The notes under the pieces: generated by a model
Databases searched by the model: none
Told to the model about the DNA's origin: nothing
Seen by the model: only the letters and a program-made list of their open reading frames with translations
Shown here: one piece after another, positions 1 to 7,300 of the stretch
How positions within the stretch are numbered: the first letter of the stretch is position 1
How the letters are laid out: each line of letters opens with the position of its first letter
Source of the DNA: an uncultured Opitutales bacterium
GTDB lineage: Bacteria > Verrucomicrobiota > Verrucomicrobiia > Opitutales > Intestinicryptomonadaceae
Reading direction: 5' to 3'
Length of the DNA: 32,000 nt
NCBI GenBank assembly: GCA_934660865.1
Contig: CAKUIA010000020.1
Span: forward strand, 14,619-46,618
Program-made: the position numbers and the translations under genes

Positions 1-158
1 ATGCCCTCGTCTTTAAGACGGCTCATCATCTGACTATTGTGGATAAGCGGGCCGTCGGTAAACACCTTTTTGTTTTCGCCCGCCAAACTTCTTGCTATGC
101 CTATGGCCCGTTCAACGCCAAAGCAAAAGCCCGCGCTTTTTGCCCTTATAACTTTCAT
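1..158 (-). CDS. ispH: IspH/LytB 4-hydroxy-3-methylbut-2-enyl diphosphate reductase, N-terminal 52 codons only (gene continues past the left window edge)
   Basis: The reverse complement from ATG at 158-156 reads MKVIRAKSAGFCFGVERAIGIARSLAGENKKVFTDGPLIHNSQMMSRLKDEG. The GFCFGV.RAI and GP(L/I)IHN blocks match the conserved IspH N-terminus. It is missing from the ORF track because it has no stop codon inside the window. Confidence 0.75.
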   Translation of the reverse strand, partial: MKVIRAKSAGFCFGVERAIGIARSLAGENKKVFTDGPLIHNSQMMSRLKDEG

Positions 159-243
159 ATTGCCCTTTACAAAATAGTATTCGTAAAAATTTTGCAAAAA
201 CATTTTGTTAAAAGAAACCTTTTTTGCGGCATAAAAAACACAT

Positions 244-451
244 TTAGGCAAAATTTGCGCAAAAGTTGGTAAAGACAATTTTTAACGCATTTTTTTGAAA
301 GTGCCATTTTAGGCACGCGGCACATAGCAAAAAGGCGTTTTAATTGCGGCAAATTTAAACTAATTTTTTGCGCAATTTAAAACACGGAATTTAGGCATAA
401 ACTATAACCGAAAAATTAGGCGCAAATTATGCCGCAAAATTTAGGCGCAAA
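244..451. repeat. Five dispersed copies of TTAGGC, the last two as AAAT(T)TAGGCGCAAA direct repeats 25 bp apart, in the ispH upstream region
   Basis: TTAGGC occurs at 244, 309, 391, 416 and 441. The extended 11-mer TTAGGCGCAAA occurs at 416-426 and 441-451. Confidence 0.5.
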
Positions 452-487
452 AAAACGGCTTTTTAGAAACCCCAAAAAGCCGTTTTG
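449..487 (-). terminator. Rho-independent terminator after PEP-CTERM paralog 1
   Basis: Perfect 13-bp stem 452-464 (AAAACGGCTTTTT) pairing with 474-486 (AAAAAGCCGTTTT), with a 9-nt loop. On the minus strand the stem runs into a T tract. It lies 18 nt beyond the stop codon at 505-507. Confidence 0.7.
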
Positions 488-504
488 CAATCTAAAAATT
501 AGCC

Positions 505-3500
505 TTACTTTCTGCGGCGGTATATCGCAAAGGCCAAAGCCAAAGCGCCGAATATTGCCGCCCATGTCGAAGGTTCGGGAACTTCGAATGTAACGTTAAA
601 GTTTGTGCCGTCTATCGAGAATGTGCCCTTGTATTTTTCCGACGTTTTTGCGTCTACATATTCGAATGTTTTGCCGGCCAACGACTTTAACGATTCGTTC
701 ATGTTCGCTTCGTCGGCAAACGAGATAAGCGTCATTTCAACATCAAGTTCTTCCATGTCGAAGCCCGAGAAGAAGAAGTCGGTGCTCAAAATGTTGCCGA
801 TTAGGGTGTTTTCGATATTGATTGTGTAGTCGGCCTGAGAGAAGTCGAAGGCCAGGTACCCGCCGTCGGCTTTGGTCAACGAATTAATATTCAACGAGCC
901 CGCAGCACCGAATGCCGCACCCGAAGCTATGGAAACATCGCCAACATTTGCGCTTGCAAGGAGCAATACGCCGCCGTTAACTGCAACCGAGCCGCCGTTA
1001 AGGTTGTTGTTTGTGCCCGAAAGAACCTGCGCATTTGTGCCCGTTTTTACAATGCTAATAGTGCTGTTTGTATTGTTGGCATAAATGTTGCCGGTGTATG
1101 TGCTTAACGAACCTACGTTGTTGCCGAACTGCAATGTGTAGTCTACATAACCGCCAGATTCGTTGCCGTAAATGCTGCCCGTACCGTTAAGGGTGCCTAT
1201 AACCGCCTTGTAGGCCGCTCTTTCTTCGGCTGTGCCCGTATACGAATAGCCAATCTTTAGGCGGCCGTCGTTCATGTTAAGTTCGCCGATATTTACGTTG
1301 TAGTCGGCCGACTTTGCAACACCGCGCAACTGCAACACGCCGTTTGCGTTAAGGGTTGCCTTGCCGATAGAGATATAGTCGCGGTCGTCGCCCGTGTTTG
1401 TGCCGTCTTTATTTACGGCGTATGTCGAGCCGTTCACCGTTACCCATACAGAATTTGCAGCGCTATCGGCGCCTATTGTCAATTCTTCGAAAGTGGTTTT
1501 TTCGAAGCTGTTGAATACGGTTTCGCAAGAACCGGCTTTGCTTGTGATATTGGCAGTGCCAAAATCCAAGTTCTTGGCCAGGAAATAACCGTTTTTATCG
1601 TTCTTATAGGCATAATTTATGTTCAAATTGTCTACCCTATAATCGGTACCATAGTAGCCTGCAACCGTGTTGTTGTACTCGTGGTCGACATTAAAAGCGG
1701 TTGTATCGATTACCAAGTTTTTAATTAAAATGCTGTGGGTATAGTGCGTGCCGAAGAAAATTCTCTGGCCGGATTTAAATGCACCTGTAAACTGTAAGTT
1801 GTCGATGGTTGCAACATTTGCAGTTGTTTTTGCCGTGTTAACGCGGGTTTGAACACTGTAGGTTGCGTCGGCAGTAGTTTCGCCGCCCTTAAGGACAAAT
1901 GTGCCAAAATGCGTTGTGGCAGTTGCCGCGTTAGAGGCGTTGCGGATATACAAATACTGATTGCCCAGCGTAGTGTCGCCTGCAAATGTAAGTTTGTTAA
2001 TGTCCAACTTATTGCCCGCCTTGATACGCGCGTGCCCCCAGTCTAGGTTGGCATTTGCATACGAGCTATCCAATTCGCCCATACCGCCAGCAATATTCAA
2101 TTCGTTTACATAAACGTCTTTGCCGTTTAGTTGGAAGAAATAGTCGCCGTAGGTCGAGCCGGGCACGCCGCCCGAATATTTGCCGTTACCTTTAAAGTTG
2201 ATAACGCCCAATATGTTAACGTCTGCCGAAGTGCCGCCGTCTACCTTGCTGCTAGAGGGGTTTATGTAGTTGATGTGGAACTTGTTTGTTTCGGCATTGA
2301 TAACGGCGTCGGCTGCCAATGTAAAGGCCGTGCCTTCGCTGCTTGTGGCAAACTGGCCGTCTTTAAACGTGGTTGTGCCGCTTAATGTGCCGCCGTAATA
2401 TTTAAGCAATGCGCCGTCGGTAAACGAAGCGTTTTCGGCAACGGCAGTGCCGCTCATATTCATCAAGCCGCCCTTTTGGGTGGAATTTACAAACTTGCCG
2501 CCGCTAAAGTGCGTTGTGCCGCCTACAATGGTTGTATCGCTTACAACTGCGCTGTCGTTGATATTTGTTGTACCTTCAACAGTTTCTTCGCCGTCGGTAA
2601 AGGTTTGCGTTATGGTTTTGCCGCTTGCCATAGAGGCGTTGGTTGTGCCCTTAATGGAAAGTGTACCGCGGTTGTTAATGTCGCCCAACAAATTGGCACT
2701 GGCAATATTGTTTATCAACAGGCTGCCGCCTTTGGCTATGTCTACATTGCCAATGTATGCGTTTTTAACTTCGCTGTCTATCTGCAAGGCCGAATTTGCG
2801 CCAACAGTAGAGGCCGCCAAAGAATTTAGCGTATAGCCGCTTTCGCTTTTGTCTACGCCAATTCTCAATTCGTTTATTGTACCCTGCCCGTTGCCGATTT
2901 TGAATGTTGCGGAGTTGTCGAAAGCAACGTCTACCCTGCCGAAATTGATGTAGTCGGCAGTTTTGCCTTTGTCGGTGTAAAATATAATGTTTTTGCCGCC
3001 GCCAATAGTCATTGTGTCGGCAACGTTCATTGTATTCTTGGAAGAATTTTCGCCTATAAAGTGGAATGTAAAGTTTGTATTTACATCGCTAGCGTTGCCG
3101 AAGAGATAGTCTTTTGCAAAGCTTATTGTTAAATTCTTTGCAAGAACATTGGCGCTGCCGTTGTGCAGACTCTGCAAAATTCTTTCCACATAGTTTGTTT
3201 TCGATACGGTTGTTTTTTCGGCGTCTTTATAGCCTGTTGTTACCATATCGTCGGTTGTGCCCTTTATCCAATACATCGGGTGCGAACCGTCGCCCGTTTG
3301 CCACGTTCCGTCTTCGTAAACCTGTTTCCAAGCGGCATCGTCGGCAACGTACTTATCGCCTTCGGTGTAGCCCGAAATTGTAACGTTGTCGTCAATAGTG
3401 GGGCTTCTGTGCACAGGATCTTTGTCTAGCACATAGTATTTTACGGTTGTGCCGTCTTCGTCGTAAACGGCAACGTATGTAGAGTCGGACGAATACCACA

Positions 3501-3624
3501 GCCTGCCGTCTCCATTATACGATGTATTGCCGTTGGCAATTTGCCTATATACTAAATCGGCACCCAAAGACACCGATGCTGCGGCTGCAAACACCGCAAA
3601 TATAGCTAATCTTGTTGTTTTCAT
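505..3624 (-). CDS. PEP-CTERM-anchored beta-helix surface protein, paralog 1 (1039 aa)
   Basis: Signal peptide MKTTRLAIFAVFAAAASVSLGA. The body is a G/N/T-rich repetitive beta-strand region. ISIVKTGTNAQVLSGTNNNLNGGSVAVNGGVLLLA resembles the autotransporter-associated beta-strand (PATR) repeat. The C-terminus VPEPSTWAAIFGALALAFAIYRRRK is a PEP-CTERM motif plus TM helix plus basic tail. It shares N-terminal (LAKNLT.SF) and C-terminal architecture with the ORFs at 19542 and 25526. Confidence 0.9.
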   Translation of the reverse strand: MKTTRLAIFAVFAAAASVSLGADLVYRQIANGNTSYNGDGRLWYSSDSTYVAVYDEDGTTVKYYVLDKDPVHRSPTIDDNVTISGYTEGDKYVADDAAWKQVYEDGTWQTGDGSHPMYWIKGTTDDMVTTGYKDAEKTTVSKTNYVERILQSLHNGSANVLAKNLTISFAKDYLFGNASDVNTNFTFHFIGENSSKNTMNVADTMTIGGGKNIIFYTDKGKTADYINFGRVDVAFDNSATFKIGNGQGTINELRIGVDKSESGYTLNSLAASTVGANSALQIDSEVKNAYIGNVDIAKGGSLLINNIASANLLGDINNRGTLSIKGTTNASMASGKTITQTFTDGEETVEGTTNINDSAVVSDTTIVGGTTHFSGGKFVNSTQKGGLMNMSGTAVAENASFTDGALLKYYGGTLSGTTTFKDGQFATSSEGTAFTLAADAVINAETNKFHINYINPSSSKVDGGTSADVNILGVINFKGNGKYSGGVPGSTYGDYFFQLNGKDVYVNELNIAGGMGELDSSYANANLDWGHARIKAGNKLDINKLTFAGDTTLGNQYLYIRNASNAATATTHFGTFVLKGGETTADATYSVQTRVNTAKTTANVATIDNLQFTGAFKSGQRIFFGTHYTHSILIKNLVIDTTAFNVDHEYNNTVAGYYGTDYRVDNLNINYAYKNDKNGYFLAKNLDFGTANITSKAGSCETVFNSFEKTTFEELTIGADSAANSVWVTVNGSTYAVNKDGTNTGDDRDYISIGKATLNANGVLQLRGVAKSADYNVNIGELNMNDGRLKIGYSYTGTAEERAAYKAVIGTLNGTGSIYGNESGGYVDYTLQFGNNVGSLSTYTGNIYANNTNSTISIVKTGTNAQVLSGTNNNLNGGSVAVNGGVLLLASANVGDVSIASGAAFGAAGSLNINSLTKADGGYLAFDFSQADYTINIENTLIGNILSTDFFFSGFDMEELDVEMTLISFADEANMNESLKSLAGKTFEYVDAKTSEKYKGTFSIDGTNFNVTFEVPEPSTWAAIFGALALAFAIYRRRK

Positions 3625-3705
3625 GTCGTTATTTATAAAATACGTATTTCTAGGATTGCGCGTATTTTTGACCGACCTACCTATTTTTGCAAGTATTTTT
3701 TATTC

Positions 3706-3720
3706 AAAAAAAAAAAAAAA
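3706..3720. repeat. A15 homopolymer (T15 in the orientation of the downstream gene), 82-96 nt upstream of the paralog 1 start codon
   Basis: Direct count: 5 A at 3706-3710 plus 10 A at 3711-3720. The flanks TTC and TGATT are the same as those of the A13 tract at 25421-25433. Confidence 0.9.
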
Positions 3721-3737
3721 TGATTAAAAAAATTACC

Positions 3738-3769
3738 CACGCTTTACTTTTAAAAAAAAGCAAAGCGTG
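3738..3769 (-). terminator. Strong hairpin, possible minus-strand terminator
   Basis: CACGCTTT (3738-3745) pairs with AAAGCGTG (3762-3769). The stem extends by CTTTT/AAAAG around an AAAA loop. On the minus strand it is followed by GGGTAA, then T7 (3726-3732), then T15. There is no T run on the plus side. Confidence 0.4.
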
Positions 3770-4140
3770 CAAAAACAAAGAAAGCCAACGGCATAACCGC
3801 ACAAGCCTACCCCACAAAAAACCTTGCCGCCCCAAAAAGGCAAAAAATTAGCCCTCTAAAAAACATACAAGCATGCCAAAGCCATAGTTAAAATTTTTAT
3901 CCCCCCAAAAAAACAAAAGAACACACCGCAATTAAAACGGAAAGTAAAACCCGCCGCAAAAAAGCTCGCATTGCCTAAACACGAAAATGCGCCCGCCGCA
4001 CACCCCCTACCCGCCCAAACAAAAGCCCGAATACCCTACCTTAAAATCGCCCCAAAATATGCCGATTTTTGCAAATACTTAGCATACACACCCACCCTTT
4101 TTTGCCCCCAAAACACCCCTTCCCCCAAAAGTCCATCAAA
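3770..4140. other. Non-coding, strand-asymmetric A+C-rich block with recurring CCCC(C)AAAA(A) motifs
   Basis: In 3781-3840, 47 of 60 nt are A or C. CCCCAAAA-type motifs occur near 3811, 3830, 3901, 4050, 4105 and 4122. The only ORFs here are low-complexity proline/lysine-rich shadows. Confidence 0.6.
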
Positions 4141-4190
4141 AAAGGTGGAACTTTCCACAAAAGTCGATGGACTTTTGTAAAAGTTTCCAC
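4127..4190. other. Nested hairpin with a third, competing repeat copy
   Basis: The outer stem is 11 bp and perfect: AAAAGTCCATC (4127-4137) with GATGGACTTTT (4166-4176). It encloses GTGGA-ACTT-TCCAC (4145-4158). A further GTTTCCAC at 4183-4190 could pair alternatively with 4144-4152. Confidence 0.5.
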
Positions 4191-4241
4191 TTTTTCCTAC
4201 CCACTTTTTCAAAAAAGTTTTTTAGGGCGGGTTAGGTACGC

Positions 4242-4272
4242 AAAAAGGCCGCAGGTAAAACTGCGGCCTTTT
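4242..4272 (-). terminator. Rho-independent terminator after the giant gene (symmetrical, could act in both directions)
   Basis: GGCCGCAG (4247-4254) pairs with CTGCGGCC (4261-4268) around a 6-nt loop. It is flanked by A5 on one side and by TTTTGGGGTTTTT on the other. It lies about 65 nt beyond the stop at 4337. Confidence 0.75.
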
Positions 4273-4336
4273 GGGGTTTTTAAGAGTGGTTGTTTTTTGC
4301 GCGGTGGTTAGCTTGCGCTATTTTTGCGCGCAAATA

Positions 4337-7300
4337 TTAAATTTCCCTTTCCGACAGCCAGCGGAACGACACCACCTTAAAGCGCCTGCCCAAGTATTTG
4401 TTGGACAAGTTGCCGTCGCTTAGCTCGGTGTATATCGTATCGTAGTCGGTCTTGTTCTGCGTGCCCAATTCCCTGTCGCGGTTTTCAATGTCGGTGGGGG
4501 CGTTTGCAACCGAGTCTACATATTCGGGATAACGCTGAACAACCATTTCGCACCAAGCTTTGCTTTCTATTGTGCCTGTAATGGGGTTGCGTATTTCGCC
4601 GTAGGCTCTAATCTTAAAGGTGTCGCCCCTTACGGTTATAAACGAGCCAATTTGCTGCAGAATATCGGCCTGGGTAAGATACGCCGAAGAACCCGCCAGC
4701 GAAGAGCCTAAAACGGCGCGGTAGTTTTCCCACGATTCGCGCGGGTCGCCCATATTAGACCAAATTTGCCCTAACGACGAAGCCGACGGGAAACTTCCGC
4801 AAACGGCAAGCGTCCAGTTGGCGGAGCGGTCGTCGTAGCTGGCTATTTTTGCAAAGCGCGAGTTTAGCGCGCTTTCGCCCAGCTCTATAAGATATGCCGA
4901 ATCGAAGAACGCTTCGTTTATTGTAGTCATATCTATTGCCGACTGCAACGCACCCTTTTGCATGTGGTTTTGCATAACGTAGAACGACTCTTTGTTTTCG
5001 TCTTTATTCACGTTAATTTTCGAGGCGTCGGCAAGGGCGTCGCCCGCGTAAAAGTCGTCGTTTAAGTCGTATACGCGCTGTTGGTGCATTCTCCTTACCT
5101 CGGCCGAGCGCATTTCAACCGTGCGGTTTACAAAGTCGGCCAAAGAGTAGAACGGGCCTCGGTCTTTTACGTTTTCTACCATCGAAAGCGCAAGCTCTTC
5201 AAGCTCTTCGGTGTCCAAAGCCCTGAAGTATGTCATGGCTTCTTCGGCGCTGTTGCTTATGGTAGAGCGGTCGAATTCCATACTCTTTGCGGGCAAACCG
5301 TTTCTCGGGAAAGGCGCTTTTTTGCCGATTTTCTTCGGCGAAGAGCTCTCCACACTCATAACCGAATCGCCAAAGCTTGTGGCCAAAACGGCTTTCCATG
5401 CGTCTACATCGGTAGAATTTACGTTGAAAGGCCCGTTAATCCACACCCTTGCTGCGTTTGCCTCGAAGTCTAGCTCGAGATTGCGCGAGTCGGAAACCGT
5501 GCTCTTTACATCGCCCCTTAGGTGCGGCACCTGAATGTCGGGGCCAAGAGGGTCTACATACTTCATGCGCGGGTTGCGCGGGTTCCAATAGTTGCGGTCC
5601 AGCCTTGTAGAGCGCTCTTCGGTTCTATAGGGTATGGTAGAGAAGAAGTATTCGTCCCACAAAACGTCGTTTAAGTGCCACGACAAGTCGTAGTTAATGC
5701 CCAAATATTCCGATTCTATTTGGAAAGTTCCGTTTCGCGTGGGCGAAGCGGTTGTTCCCTGCGCGCCGTCGCACCACCAAAAGTCGTATGTTCTTTCGGG
5801 AGCAATGCGCATATTGGCAAACGAGTTGCCTATTGAATATGTCGGGTACAAAATGTCGCCCGTGGCAACGCCGACACCCCAAGCCGAAAAGCCGCCTCGG
5901 CCGACTTCGGCGCCAAACGACAAGTCTGCCGAAGACAACTGCGCCATATTCGAAACAACTTCGTTTTCCCTTAAAAAGTGCCTCATGGGCAAGTCGTATG
6001 TGCTTGTAGAAGTCGGGTTCGGGCCAACTTGCGCCCTTTCGCCCAAATTTCTCAGCACGTTAATTGTTTTGTATATGTTTTGGCTGCCTGCATTTGTGCC
6101 GTCGCCCGAAAATTCTACCGCGGCATATTGCATATTGTTTAGGCGCCCAAAACGGCCGTGGCCTTCGCCGGTAAATATCTGCCCCGTACGCGGGCCGTAG
6201 CTGCTGTCGCGCAAAGAGCCGCCGCGGGCGTTGGTCGGGTCGCCGTAAAACTTGCCCGTTATGTTTGTGTTTGTTATATACGGGTATTTTAGCGGATACT
6301 GCGTCTGCCAGTCTACGGAGCCGTCGAGCCTTGTAGAAACCGGCCTATATGCGCTTACGCCAACCGACATAACAATGCGGTTACCGTTTTGCCCCGTAAA
6401 ATCTTTAATTGGCAAAGCCGCAGTGCTCGAGGCCGAAACTACAAAGGGAGTAAAGTTTTGGGGTTGGCGGTCGTAGCACTGCCCACCGCTTTGGTTGTCT
6501 TTATCCGTGGTATACGCCGTGCTCCAAAACGATGGGCTTATGCGGCGCGGGTCGGTAAAGAGGAAATTAAAGTCTTCCCAAAACCAGTAATTGTCAAATG
6601 GAACGTTCGACAACCCTGCTCTCTTTTTAAATTCTTTATAAAATTCATATTCATCAGCAAACGCCTCATTCCAATCGGGAACAGCTTCTTTAATCTTGCT
6701 CAATAAATATTCGTCGTACGGAGATCTGTTTGTTTTCCCATTGTCAGTCGACTGTAAATAAGGCTGAGAGAAAAAGCCCTTTAGATAGTTGCTTTCATAG
6801 CGTATCCCGGAGTAACCACTGCGTCGAACGTTGTAGCTTAAGCCCGCATGGCCGAACATGGTGTTTGCACCGCCAAGCATATTTGCCGCCCCTATGGCAC
6901 TGCCGCCCGTGCCGCCGTATCTCCACAAGGGGTGCTCGCCCCACGAAACTGTATCTTTTGACCAGTTCATTCTGGGGAAGGGGAAAGACGTTATGTTGTT
7001 GCCGCCCGTAGAATCCCAACAGTTTTGGTTAAGCAAATACCTTTTTAATGTTTGGAATGTTGCCGTGTTATAGGTGGCATTTGCCGTGCCATTGTCGGCT
7101 TCATACAATTTCACCTTGTTGTTGTCGTCGGAATAGTTCCACATCAAAAGGGGCGTTCTTTCTATACCCCAACTCAACGTATCGTTAAATGCGCCCAGCT
7201 TGCCCTTGTCGGGAATTTCCGTCATCGGGTTGTTGCTGCCAAGCCAATATTTGTCGTATCTATAATAGCCATAGGGCGAAGCAAGCACATCTATTCGTTG

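Noticed and set aside
39-352. Tracked ORFs 39-272 (+) and 167-352 (-)
   Set aside because: The plus-strand ORF is antisense to the clear ispH N-terminus, and the minus-strand ORF lies in the repeat-rich ispH upstream region. Neither has any motif.
505-3624. Chlamydial Pmp-type polymorphic membrane protein, or a classical autotransporter
   Set aside because: There are no GGA(I/L/V)/FxxN repeat pairs and no C-terminal beta-barrel translocator. The C-terminus is a PEP-CTERM anchor instead.
3625-3770. Invertible-promoter (invertase-driven) switch for paralog 1, suggested by the inverted orientation of the A-tract module
   Set aside because: I could not find flanking inverted repeats that would bracket an invertible segment; only a local 12-bp palindrome AAATACGTATTT and GTATTT direct repeats are present. 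No recombinase gene is in the window.
3971-4311. 69-aa and 80-aa ORFs in the A+C-rich block
   Set aside because: Their Pro/Lys/Thr-rich composition simply mirrors the CCC/AAA-rich DNA. They overlap each other and the terminator hairpin, and there is no RBS or motif.
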